From: a virus
Taxonomy: Duplodnaviria; Heunggongvirae; Uroviricota; Caudoviricetes
IMG/VR virus record: IMGVR_UViG_3300045988_123188
Length of the DNA stretch: 29,910 nt
Strand: one strand, 5' to 3'
Shown one piece after another: positions 1 to 11,871 of the stretch. The notes under the pieces are model-generated. The model saw only the letters and a program-made list of their open reading frames with translations, did not search any database and was not told where the DNA came from. The position numbers and the translations under genes are program-made. Each line of letters begins with the position of its first letter. The first letter of the stretch is position 1.

Positions 1-94
1 CGCGGTTAATGGCCATTGCTGACGCACTAGGCACCGCCGTTTTGCTGATACGGCTGAGGTTTTCAACGGCCTGCTCAAGACCTTTTATGGCCAT
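1..94 (-). CDS. Z: tail protein Z, N-terminal fragment (gene continues beyond window start)
   Basis: Reverse complement of ~71-94 translates MAIKGLEQAVENLSRISK, lambda-Z-like N-terminus by recall; G-rich SD between Z start and FII stop; lambda gene order FII-Z. Confidence 0.6.
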   Translation of the reverse strand, partial: MAIKGLEQAVENLSRISKTAVPSASAMAINR

Positions 95-105
95 ACACCC
101 CCCTT

Positions 106-459
106 TCAGCGACGACGGTTAACGGCAGGCGGTACGCCCCGTCCAAGCCAGAGATGACAGCTTCCGCCATCATCCGGCGTAACCCGATCTACCCAGAAGT
201 TTTCCTCACCGATGGTCAGCGTGTCTCCGCGCCGCAGCTGCCGCACATCATCAGTCCGGACAAACAGGGACGGGCTGGAGCCTTCAACGCGCACGCCCTG
301 TCCGGCATAGCTGATATTTTCAGGGTCATCAAAAACACCACGTATCACAGCACCGGACTGCTCACCGGATGTCATGGTGGCTGACGTTCCCATGTACCCG
401 CGTATCGTTTCATCGGCGCGGGCAATAGCAGCATCGAACAGGTTATCGAAATCAGCCAC
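106..459 (-). CDS. FII: head-tail joining protein FII
   Basis: 117-aa ORF from track; length and position (after FI) match lambda gpFII. Confidence 0.85.
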   Translation of the reverse strand: MADFDNLFDAAIARADETIRGYMGTSATMTSGEQSGAVIRGVFDDPENISYAGQGVRVEGSSPSLFVRTDDVRQLRRGDTLTIGEENFWVDRVTPDDGGSCHLWLGRGVPPAVNRRR

Positions 460-470
460 AGCGCCTCCCG

Positions 471-857
471 TTATTGCATTCTGGCCAGGCCACGCTCTGT
501 CATTTCAGCTGCCACACCGGCAGAGACACGAAACGCCGTTCCCGGCAGCACAAATGCCACAGGTTCATCCCGCGTGGCGTGAAGTGCATCAGTATGCAGC
601 GTCACCAGTGCCACAACCGTGACCAGATCAGCCGTATCAGTCACGGTATCCGGCTGCGCTGATACCACCTCATTTTCATGTCCGGTCAGCGCATTTTCCG
701 GGCTGATAGGGGTATCCTGATCGGCAGTGTCATCAAGCTCCTCTTCCAGCTCTGCCACACGGAGCGCCAGTTCTTCTTTCGTTCCCGTCAAACTGACATC
801 GCGGTTCAGTTGCTCACCCAGCTCCTGAAGACGGGCAATCAGTTCATCTTTCGTCAT
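471..857 (-). CDS. FI: DNA packaging/head assembly protein FI
   Basis: Internal start MTKDELIARLQELGEQLNRDVSLTGTKEELALRVAEL, C-terminus VAFVLPGTAFRVSAGVAAEMTERGLARMQ match lambda gpFI by recall; GGAGG SD upstream of ATG at 857. Confidence 0.85.
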   Translation of the reverse strand: MTKDELIARLQELGEQLNRDVSLTGTKEELALRVAELEEELDDTADQDTPISPENALTGHENEVVSAQPDTVTDTADLVTVVALVTLHTDALHATRDEPVAFVLPGTAFRVSAGVAAEMTERGLARMQ

Positions 858-898
858 GGACTCCTCCACAGAGAAACAATGGCCCCGAAGGGCCATGA

Positions 899-1921
899 TT
901 ACGCCAGTTGTACAGACACGAACTCATCAGGGTCAGCCAGCAGCATCAGCGGTGCTGACTGAATCATGGTGAACTCACGCGCCGGATCGCCGGATGTCTT
1001 CCAGTTTTTCGGATAACGGGGAGACGCATTAATACCCTCACTCAATGCATCCGCATCCTGAATGCAGCCATAGGTGCGCAGACCGCGTGCATGAGTGTTA
1101 CCCAGCACCATCGTGTTGTCCGGCAGGAAGTTCTTTTTGACGCCGTTTTCCACGTACTGTCCGGAATACACGACGATGGCCACATCGCCATACATTCCCT
1201 TATAAGACACCGCTTTGCCCAGGTCTTTCACCGCTGTCTCCAGCTCGGAATGAGAGCCGCGACGGGTATCCAGCTTATCCTTGACGGCCTTGAAGGAACG
1301 GAACAGCGCCCAGCCTTTCGGATCAAACACGATGATATTCACCACACCGCTGGCGTTCAGCGCGTAGGCTTCGATATCGTCGGTCGGGTCATACGTGGAC
1401 TTGTCACGCTTGCTCCACGCCGTGCCGCCGGACTGCGTGATGTTGTTGGCCGCACTGCGGCCCATATCCACCTCAACCGGATCGAAGGCTTCACCGGTCA
1501 TGGTGTATTTGCCCTTGAGCACGGCAGAAACTGCCTGCATCTCTTCCACCTGGGCAATGGCCAGCTCTTCGTCACGCATGTTCTGCATGATGATGCGACG
1601 GCGACGGTAAGCCGGGTCCGCCAGATTCTGCGGATCTTCATCCGGCAGGCGACGCAGGGTCATCTGCGGATTCACTTCATGCTTCGGCTTGACATATCCC
1701 GGCGTAAATTCAGAGGAGCCGCCACGGGAACGGATAACCTCACCGGAAACAATCGGCGAAACGTACAGCGCCATGTTTACCAGTCCAGGAATTTGTGAGA
1801 GATAGACTTTCTCTGTAGTGAAGGGATAGCTCTCACGGAAAAAGAGACGCAGAAACAGCGGATCAAACTTAAATTTCTGCTCATTTGCCGCCAGCAGCTG
1901 GGCGGTTGTGTACATCGACAT
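899..1921 (-). CDS. E: major capsid protein E
   Basis: From MSMYTTAQLLAANEQKFKFDPLFLRLFFRESYPFTTEKVYLSQIPGLVNMALYVSPIVSGEVIRSRGG to DPDEFVSVQLA, near-identical to lambda gpE as recalled (340 aa); track ORF has a 9-codon upstream extension I trimmed. Confidence 0.92.
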   Translation of the reverse strand: MSMYTTAQLLAANEQKFKFDPLFLRLFFRESYPFTTEKVYLSQIPGLVNMALYVSPIVSGEVIRSRGGSSEFTPGYVKPKHEVNPQMTLRRLPDEDPQNLADPAYRRRRIIMQNMRDEELAIAQVEEMQAVSAVLKGKYTMTGEAFDPVEVDMGRSAANNITQSGGTAWSKRDKSTYDPTDDIEAYALNASGVVNIIVFDPKGWALFRSFKAVKDKLDTRRGSHSELETAVKDLGKAVSYKGMYGDVAIVVYSGQYVENGVKKNFLPDNTMVLGNTHARGLRTYGCIQDADALSEGINASPRYPKNWKTSGDPAREFTMIQSAPLMLLADPDEFVSVQLA

Positions 1922-1976
1922 AAAAAAATCCCGTAAAAAAAGCCGCACAGGCGGCCTTTAGTGATGAAGGGTAAGC

Positions 1977-2309
1977 TTAAACGATGCTGATTGCCGTTCC
2001 GGCAAACGCGGTCCGTTTTTTCGTCTCGTCGCTGGCAGCCTCCGGCCAGAGCACATCCTCATAACGGAACGTGCCGGACTTGTAGAACGTCAGCGTGGTG
2101 CTGGTCTGGTCAGCATCAACCGCCAGAATGCCAACGGCAGTACCGTCGGTGGTGCCATCCCACGCAACCAGCTTACGGGTGGAGGTGTCCAGCATCAGCG
2201 GGGTCATTGCAGGCGCTTTCGCACTCAATCCGCCGGGCGCGGTTGCCGTATGTGCCGGGTCACTGTTGCCCAGCGGCTGGTAATGGGTAAAGGTTTCTTT
2301 GCTCGTCAT
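1977..2309 (-). CDS. D: head decoration protein D
   Basis: [12 protein letters not shown]...[11 protein letters not shown], 110 aa, matches lambda gpD by recall. Confidence 0.9.
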   Translation of the reverse strand: MTSKETFTHYQPLGNSDPAHTATAPGGLSAKAPAMTPLMLDTSTRKLVAWDGTTDGTAVGILAVDADQTSTTLTFYKSGTFRYEDVLWPEAASDETKKRTAFAGTAISIV

Positions 2310-2318
2310 AAACATCCC

Positions 2319-2924
2319 TTACACTGGTGTGTTCAGCAAATCGTTAACGGCATCAGATGCCGGGTTACCTGCAGCCAGCGGTGCCGGTGCCCCCTGCATC
2401 AGACGATCCAGCGCAGTGTCACTGCGCGCCTGTGCACTCTGTGGTGCAACTGCCAGAATGCGGCGGGCCGTTTCCACGGTCATACCGGGGGTTTCGGCCA
2501 GCACGCGAGCCTGTTCTTCGCGTCCGTGAGCCTCCTCACAGTTGAGGATCCCCATAATGCGGCTGTTTTCTGCCGCAACCGCAGCGGTGATCTGCGCGTT
2601 CACGTCCGGCTGCGCCGCGCTGGCGTTTTCGCCCTCCGTCGCTGGCACCACGTCAGTAACGTCAGCCTGCGAAGCAGTGGCTGAAACAGTTGTTGATTGA
2701 GTCTCTTTGGTCATTCGCCCTCCTGAGAGACGGGATTTACGTGCATCCAGTGCATCACGCATAACGGTGATCGCATCGGTGCTGTTGACAAGTTCATCAG
2801 CCAGTCCGGCATCAATGGCCTCCTGACCGCTGTACACTGCAGCCTCGGTATCCAGCACAGCCTGCACGGACAGGCCGGTATATGCCGACACCTTCTGCGC
2901 AAACATCCGGCGGGTTGCATCCAT
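2319..2924 (-). CDS. Nu3: scaffolding protein Nu3 (in-frame internal start within C)
   Basis: Internal ATG giving MDATRRMFAQKV..., same frame and stop as C, as in lambda Nu3. Confidence 0.55.
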   Translation of the reverse strand: MDATRRMFAQKVSAYTGLSVQAVLDTEAAVYSGQEAIDAGLADELVNSTDAITVMRDALDARKSRLSGGRMTKETQSTTVSATASQADVTDVVPATEGENASAAQPDVNAQITAAVAAENSRIMGILNCEEAHGREEQARVLAETPGMTVETARRILAVAPQSAQARSDTALDRLMQGAPAPLAAGNPASDAVNDLLNTPV

Positions 2925-3618
2925 CCGGGACTGCAGTGTCTCCCGGACGTCATCCGGAAGATGGCTGTAGGGATTGCCATCCACCTTATGGCTGCCGCTG
3001 TAAATCAGCGTGATTTCCACGCCCTGTTTCTCCAGCGCAGCACCGTAATTACTGTGAGCCATCATGACGCCGATGGAGCCTGTCCGGGCGGTCTGCGTGA
3101 CCAGACGCCGGGAGGCGGCACTGGCAAGCAGCTGACCTGCACTGCAGTTCATGTCGTTGGCCAGCGCCCATACCGGTTTTATGTCACGCACACGGGCGAT
3201 GATGTCAGCGCAGTCAAATGCCCCCGCCACCATCCCGCCGGGCGTGTCCATATCGAGCAGAATGCCGTCCACCATCGGATCGCTGGCAGCCTGTTGCAGA
3301 CGGGCGATAATGCCGTTGTAACCGGTCATCCCCGAATACGGCTGCAGCGCCCGCGTCCGGCTGACCAGCGTGCCGGACACCGGCAGCACGGCGATGCCGT
3401 TCATGACCTGATAACTGCGGGCCTGTCGTGGTCCGTTATCATCACCGGATAACGCCAGCGTCGCGGGTGCCTCCGGGGCAGTCAGGCTGTCACCGGACAC
3501 CGCATCTGTCAGGCGGCTGATCCCAAGCTGGCCTGCAAGCGCACAAAAGAAAACCCGCGCATAGGCGGGTTCAAGCATCAGCGGCTCATTAAAGGCCATG
3601 CTGGCAATATGCGGGAGA

Positions 3619-3638
<20 letters not shown>
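2319..3638 (-). CDS. C: head maturation protease / scaffold protein C
   Basis: 439-aa product (V)TAELRNLPHIASMAFNEPLMLEPAYARVFF...NDLLNTPV matches lambda gpC; lambda-equivalent start codon is GTG here (plus-strand cac at 3636-3638) with AGGAGGAGAA SD upstream; overlaps B by 20 nt as in lambda. Confidence 0.82.
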
Positions 3639-7319
<3,681 letters not shown>

Positions 7320-7345
<26 letters not shown>

Positions 7346-7865
7346 TCAGCAACCCCGGTATCAGTTCATCCAGCGCGGCTGCTTTGTTCATGGCTTTGAT
7401 AATATCCCGTTTCAGGAAATCAATATGCCGGTTATCCAGCTCAGGAAAACGTCGCTGCACCGACAGAGGAATACCGTCGAGAATACTGGATATTTCCCTT
7501 GCTATACGCGACAGCACGAAAGTACAGAATGCGGTTTCCACCACTTCAGCCGATTCTTTGGCATTTTTCAGTTCCTGCGCCGTCGCCTGAGCACGAGTCA
7601 GGCGATGGCGCTCAAATTCAAGTGTTCCGGGGTGAAGATCTGCCTCGCTGGCCAGCCGCAGTTCTTCAACCTCCCGGCGCAGCTTTTCGTTCTCAATTTC
7701 AGCATCCCTTTCGGCATACCATTTTATGACGGCGGCAGAATCATAAAGCACCTCATTACCCTTACCACCACCCCGCAGAACGGGCATTCCCTGCTCCTGC
7801 CAGTTCTGAATGGTACGGATACTCGCGCCGAAAATGTCAGCCAGCTGCTTTTTGTTGACTTCCAT
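7320..7865 (-). CDS. Nu1: terminase small subunit Nu1
   Basis: 181 aa, MEVNKKQLADIFGASIRTIQNWQEQGMPVLRGGGKGNEVLYDSAAVIKWYAERD..., lambda Nu1 with N-terminal wHTH. Confidence 0.92.
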
Positions 7866-8075
7866 TGTTCATTCCACGGACAAAAACAGAGAAAGGAAAC
7901 GACAGGGGCCAAAAAGCCCGTTTTCAGCACCTGTCGTTTCCTTTCTTTTCAGGGGGTATTTTAAATAAAAACATTAAGTTACGGCGAAGAAGAACGGAAA
8001 CGCCTTAAACCGGAAAATTTTCATAAATAGCGAAAACCCGCGAGGTCGCCGCCCCGTAACGGCCCGGATCGCCGG
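7866..8075. other. closed cos site (cosB next to Nu1, cosN cohesive-end sequence at ~8043-8054, cosQ side toward 8075)
   Basis: Plus strand carries AGGTCGCCGCCC, the reverse complement of the lambda 12-nt cohesive end GGGCGGCGACCT, flanked by sequence recalled from lambda left end (CGCGGGTTTTCGCTATTTATGAAAATTTTCCGG as reverse complement) and right end (CGTAACGG...CCGGAAAGGACCCGTAAA). Confidence 0.85.
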
Positions 8076-8127
8076 AAAGGACCCGTAAAAATGATAATGG
8101 TTATCATTTTCAATGTAGTCCGGTTTC

Positions 8128-8300
8128 TTCCACCATCGCACCGGACAGGCGACTATGAGGGGACAACGCCGCGCTCCGTTAACGCGGTAAACCCCGGTGT
8201 GTATCGTTTTTGATTATCCCCGCACACTCGCGCAGAGGAGTCTCCCTGTCGGGCTGCGGTCTCTGTTAATGAGGGAATACAGCGACGATACGGCGCATGA
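8128..8300. repeat. direct repeat copy A (~170 bp, ~80% identical to copy B at 9913-10090)
   Basis: Shared blocks CCGGTGTG(T/C)ATCGTTTTTGATTAT, CCGCACACTCGCGCAGAGGAGT, CGTCGGGCT, GGTTAATG, ACGGCGACGAT in the same order and orientation. Confidence 0.7.
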
Positions 8301-8412
8301 TGTGTCAGGCTTGAATACATTTATCCGTTAAAAGGGATATCAGTTAAGTTATCCCGTGTAGGGTATAAGCCATTATCAAAGCCACTCAGTAGCGAATGGC
8401 TTTTGTAATGGA

Positions 8413-8862
8413 CTATTTAATTAGTGATGCTGCGTATTCGATTAGATATAACTTAGGTGCCAACCAGATTTTTAACCATGTCATATTGGTTACTACAGCA
8501 ATAATAAAACTTACCCACAGAACAAAAACTGCTGCTAATGGTAAGATAAGAAAACTAATCTCACCGTTACTTTCCCAAATCATGGTCGGTTTGTATTTAG
8601 GCTTCCCTTTTTCCCATGACCATCCTTCATTATCGAACTTACCAATTTCAACTTTTTGGTACTGTTTCTTCATAAACCAAATAACCAGCGGGATTGTTGA
8701 AATGGCTATTAATGTTTTAATCAGGCTATCAACCATATTCCATACCAGCAACTGATGAACAACATCCGGAATCTGAGCCTGACTGAATGCAATGGCGGAA
8801 TCAATTCCATCGCTGGCCTTCTTCAATAAATCAACAAGAATTTTATTTGCTTCTTCTTGCAT
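8413..8862 (-). CDS. small membrane protein, two predicted TM helices, unknown function (cassette gene 2)
   Basis: Start moved to internal ATG (MQEEANKILVDLL...) because the track start is a TTG; AGGA SD upstream; hydrophobic segments IKTLIAISTIPLVIWFM and ISFLILPLAAVFVLWVSFIIAVV. Confidence 0.5.
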   Translation of the reverse strand: MQEEANKILVDLLKKASDGIDSAIAFSQAQIPDVVHQLLVWNMVDSLIKTLIAISTIPLVIWFMKKQYQKVEIGKFDNEGWSWEKGKPKYKPTMIWESNGEISFLILPLAAVFVLWVSFIIAVVTNMTWLKIWLAPKLYLIEYAASLIK

Positions 8863-8986
8863 GTTTATATCCTGTAAGTTGTAAGCCTGTTCGAGAAAAA
8901 TAAACAACTACGAGAGACAGAAAAAAATATCTCAGGCTCTCTTTCTATAAGCTTTTAGTTGAGGATGTTCTGCAAAACAAAACTGG

Positions 8987-9847
8987 TTAGTTATGTAACT
9001 GCTTCCGGAATACAACAGCCGACGAGCTACAACGTAAAATTCGTTTGATTGTGGCAGTTGAGGAAACAGACTTGCATTTCTCAACATCATCAATAATGAC
9101 CACATCCGGTACAGGAATGACGCGGGTATGCAATGTTTTTGCACTAATAACATCACAGCCATTCAGTGGTCGAATATCTGCATCTTCAGGCACTACCAGA
9201 AGCACACGTTTTTCCGGTGCAGAAAAGCCAGCAGCAAGAGTGCGTGACAATAAAGTCATTCCGCTGCGTGGCTTCATACAAATTTCAGAAATATGATTCT
9301 TTTCGTCCAAATGATGCTGGACATCATTTTTATCATCACTCAACAACTCTGCTGTTAATACAATCCCTGCTGTCTCAGATTTCCAGGAAATGCTGATATC
9401 CTGATCATCTGCATCAACATCATATTTCATCGAGTAAGGACTAAAGCTACGTCCAACGAACGCATCATTTACCAGTACACGCCCACCCTGTCTGACCTGA
9501 AAGTCAACGCGCCCGGAAAGCTGATTTGCTGTTACAAGCAATGCCTTTTTTCTTTTTGTTTTATTGCTCATTGCCACCAACTGTTCAGCCATCTCTCTTG
9601 TCACACTACCAGAAACTCTTCCTTGCATTTTCACAGAAAATTTTCTGGATGTAGTAGCATCGACATTAAAAAATCTGGATGTAATCAGGCAGTTATTAAC
9701 AATTGGCATCAGCTCACTTACGATTGTAAAAAATTCCCGGTAAAGCTCATTTTGCTTTTCAACACACAGCTTTCCACAATCGTCCAGCTTACGCTCAAGA
9801 GCACTTAACCTTTCCATTATTGAATTAATTTTTTGCAACTCTTTCAT
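8987..9847 (-). CDS. hypothetical 286-aa cytoplasmic protein, N-terminal coiled-coil-like region, no domain recognised (cassette gene 1)
   Basis: ATG at 9847 (MKELQKINSIMERLSALERKL...) preceded by AGGAGG; the 373-aa track ORF is an artefactual extension through repeat B and a palindrome; C-terminal VLLVVPEDADIRP...VIPVPDVVIIDDVEKCK is beta-rich and acidic. Confidence 0.55.
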   Translation of the reverse strand: MKELQKINSIMERLSALERKLDDCGKLCVEKQNELYREFFTIVSELMPIVNNCLITSRFFNVDATTSRKFSVKMQGRVSGSVTREMAEQLVAMSNKTKRKKALLVTANQLSGRVDFQVRQGGRVLVNDAFVGRSFSPYSMKYDVDADDQDISISWKSETAGIVLTAELLSDDKNDVQHHLDEKNHISEICMKPRSGMTLLSRTLAAGFSAPEKRVLLVVPEDADIRPLNGCDVISAKTLHTRVIPVPDVVIIDDVEKCKSVSSTATIKRILRCSSSAVVFRKQLHN

Positions 9848-9870
9848 CAAAACCTCCTGACAAAGATACC

Positions 9871-9888
9871 GTGCGACCACGGTCGCAC
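9871..9888. promoter_or_regulatory. sopC-like palindrome GTGCGACCACGGTCGCAC (putative SopB/ParB centromere site), ~25 bp upstream of the 286-aa gene start
   Basis: 8-bp inverted repeats around a 2-bp AC core; one of five near-identical copies; resembles the F sopC motif TGGGACCACGGTCCCA as I recall it. Confidence 0.6.
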
Positions 9889-9912
9889 GCTCCTGAATAC
9901 ATGCCCTGTTTC

Positions 9913-10090
9913 TTCCACCCTCGCACAGGACTGGCGAGCATGAGGGACAAACCCGCGAATCATTAGTGCGGTAAAAACCCGGTGTGCATCGTTTTTGATT
10001 ATTTCCGCACACTCGCGCAGAGGAGTTCCCCGTCGGGCTACGGTCATGGTTAATGCGGAAATACGGCGACGATGCAGCGCGGTATTTAAT
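9913..10090. repeat. direct repeat copy B (partner of 8128-8300)
   Basis: See copy A; copy B carries a perfect 9-bp inverted repeat TATTTCCGC...GCGGAAATA that is imperfect in copy A, with one compensatory pair. Confidence 0.7.
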
Positions 10091-10108
10091 GTGCGACCAC
10101 GGTCGCAA
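10091..10108. promoter_or_regulatory. sopC-like palindrome GTGCGACCACGGTCGCAA
   Basis: Second copy, directly abutting repeat B. Confidence 0.6.
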
Positions 10109-10127
10109 ACGAGAAACAAAGAGATTT

Positions 10128-10439
10128 TTATGCTACAGAGGAACAAGCTGGCGGGTAATTCAGCGTAGTGAATACCGGCATCTCCATCTTGTATGCGTAA
10201 TGATACTCAGCAGTTGCTCCAGCAGACGCTTTCCAGCCAGGAAGCATCAAAATAGCATCAGCACAACGAAGCATTGCAAAGCAAATATCCATGTATTCAC
10301 GTTGTGTCAAACCATTAGGCAAAGTGGCTGGATTCAAGACAGAGTGACCATGTCGTGACAAACGATCTGCCTCTTTATTAAAGGCGTCACGATTAAAGTT
10401 CTCATATCCCGTCATTGGCCCGGCAATATAAATTTTCAT
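10128..10439 (-). CDS. DUF4406-like / nucleoside 2-deoxyribosyltransferase-like small protein
   Basis: MKIYIAGPMTGYENFNRDAFNKEADRLSRHGHSVLNPATLP... pattern typical of this family by recall; ATG confirmed. Confidence 0.55.
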   Translation of the reverse strand: MKIYIAGPMTGYENFNRDAFNKEADRLSRHGHSVLNPATLPNGLTQREYMDICFAMLRCADAILMLPGWKASAGATAEYHYAYKMEMPVFTTLNYPPACSSVA

Positions 10440-10480
10440 TCACTATCCAACAAATTGAGCTCGTTTTTGATACAGAGGGA

Positions 10481-10918
10481 TTAATTCAGGCATTGCGTCT
10501 TGATGTATTCCTGCAAGTAGTTAACCTGCGCAGTTATCCTGTCGATCCCACTTCGGAGACGGTAATAATTGAGTTCAGCATCTGCTGTAAGTCTTGGGCT
10601 TTCTCCATCGCCCATGCTGCTGGCTCCGGTCGTTGACTTTGCACAGGTGGCGGCGACTTGCAGGCGCTTACGCCCAGCAGAAACATCAGCACGGAGGCTT
10701 TCGATAGTCGCGTTAGCATCAGCAAGCTCCTTTGTATATCTGGCATCGAGTTCTGCTACGTCACGTTGACGCTTCTGCATATCAGCGATTGTGGATGTGG
10801 CTTTATCGCGCTGCTCTTTGTAGGAGATGGCGTTATCACGGTAATGATTAACCGCCCATGACAGGCAGACGATGATGCAGATAACCAGAGCGGAGATAAT
10901 CGCGGTTAACCGACTCAT
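10481..10918 (-). CDS. Rz: spanin inner-membrane subunit Rz (i-spanin)
   Basis: [39 protein letters not shown]... nearly identical N-terminus to lambda Rz by recall; ATG at 10918. Confidence 0.85.
   Translation of the reverse strand: MSRLTAIISALVICIIVCLSWAVNHYRDNAISYKEQRDKATSTIADMQKRQRDVAELDARYTKELADANATIESLRADVSAGRKRLQVAATCAKSTTGASSMGDGESPRLTADAELNYYRLRSGIDRITAQVNYLQEYIKTQCLN
10534..10719 (-). CDS. Rz1: spanin outer-membrane lipoprotein Rz1 (o-spanin), embedded in Rz in the +1 frame
   Basis: [36 protein letters not shown]: signal peptide, lipobox Cys, proline-rich; nested-in-Rz architecture. Confidence 0.6.
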   Translation of the reverse strand: MLTRLSKASVLMFLLGVSACKSPPPVQSQRPEPAAWAMEKAQDLQQMLNSIITVSEVGSTG

Positions 10919-11006
10919 GACATCAACACCCCAACGGCCAGAAACCACGGCCACGCATCGTTGCCATTAAATGCGAGCAACGCTGCCATGAAAAAGAAAA
11001 TCATGC

Positions 11007-11507
11007 TCATTGCTGCCCCCACAAACAGACTTCACGCTCAATCTCACGACGAGTCATCAGGCCTTTCCATTGCTTACCGCCAGCAGATATCCAGCGACGT
11101 AGCTGATCACATGCGCCTTTGATATCGCCCTGGTTTATTTTGCGAAGAAGCGTCGATGTTCTGAAATTGCCAGCACCCACGTTGTAAACGAATGAGTAAA
11201 GAGCGCCGCGCGTTGTTTCCGGTATATCGACTTTGATGTACGGGTTAATTTGTCTGGCGACAGTGGCAAGGTCTTTATTCAGGAGAGCTTTGCATTCTGC
11301 TTCGGTATACGTTTTACCTAGCATGATGTCTTTTCCAGTGTGTCCGTAACATACAGTCCATACGCCAACAATATCTTTGTATGGTATGTAACTGACACCT
11401 TCCAGACCATCGTTACCACTTGGGCCAGTGATGAGCATAGACGCTATGGCAATAGCCCCGCCACCAATAGCAGCTGTGACAGCTTTGCGTAATGATGACT
11501 GCATCAT
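11007..11507 (-). CDS. R: SAR endolysin (phage lysozyme, P21 R-type)
   Basis: N-terminal SAR segment [20 protein letters not shown] followed by [25 protein letters not shown]... resembling P21 R as recalled. Confidence 0.85.
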   Translation of the reverse strand: MMQSSLRKAVTAAIGGGAIAIASMLITGPSGNDGLEGVSYIPYKDIVGVWTVCYGHTGKDIMLGKTYTEAECKALLNKDLATVARQINPYIKVDIPETTRGALYSFVYNVGAGNFRTSTLLRKINQGDIKGACDQLRRWISAGGKQWKGLMTRREIEREVCLWGQQ

Positions 11508-11776
11508 ATTTCCTTCGGTGCTCTCTTCCCCAGCTCTCCAATAACCATCGCTGTAGCAGAAAGATTATTGGTATTAGTTTTATCCAATATGTCCTGCAAT
11601 ATCTTCGTGCGCTTCATCTGCTCGCGTTTATTGAGCCGGTATGTAAGCACACCGAGGATAATGCTGAACGCGACACCGATAATGAAGCTCCAATCCTGCA
11701 ATGACAGGCTGGCAAAGAACGCAGCAAGACCAGCGCTACCATAAGGTGCACTTCTGTATAGTTCATCCATCTTCAT
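11504..11776 (-). CDS. S: class II holin / pinholin with MKM dual-start motif
   Basis: Begins MKMDELY (two starts separated by a Lys, as in holin/antiholin pairs), two hydrophobic helices, 4-nt overlap with the endolysin. Confidence 0.65.
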   Translation of the reverse strand: MKMDELYRSAPYGSAGLAAFFASLSLQDWSFIIGVAFSIILGVLTYRLNKREQMKRTKILQDILDKTNTNNLSATAMVIGELGKRAPKEI

Positions 11777-11871
11777 ATCTCTTACCTCGCAATAGTTGCT
11801 GAGGTTTCGGCTTGGAAACTATATGGCGAAAATAACCCCTACCAAAAACGGCAGGGGAATATATTCTCCAG

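Noticed and set aside
1091-1798. 235-aa plus-strand ORF (and similar plus-strand ORFs at 2961-3452, 4786-5226, 5714-6190, 6926-7399)
   Set aside because: Antisense to well-supported lambda-like structural genes; no SD; typical shadow ORFs of GC-rich coding sequence.
7425-7964. 179-aa plus-strand ORF spanning Nu1 and cos
   Set aside because: Overlaps Nu1 antisense and runs across the cos site; not plausible.
8396-8755. 119-aa plus-strand ORF
   Set aside because: Antisense to the better-supported membrane-protein gene; low-complexity, AT-rich translation.
8128-10090. Retron (msr/msd) interpretation of the flanking repeats
   Set aside because: No reverse-transcriptase gene in or near the cassette.
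8987-10108. 373-aa version of the cassette ORF starting MRPWSH
   Set aside because: The N-terminal 87 codons run through direct repeat B and the palindrome with a non-ATG start; a strong AGGAGG-ATG start exists at 9847.
9847-10146. ORFs containing (M/V)RPWSH or ATVVAQ at several loci
   Set aside because: The motif is simply the translation of the 18-bp palindrome; its recurrence reflects the DNA repeat, not a protein family.
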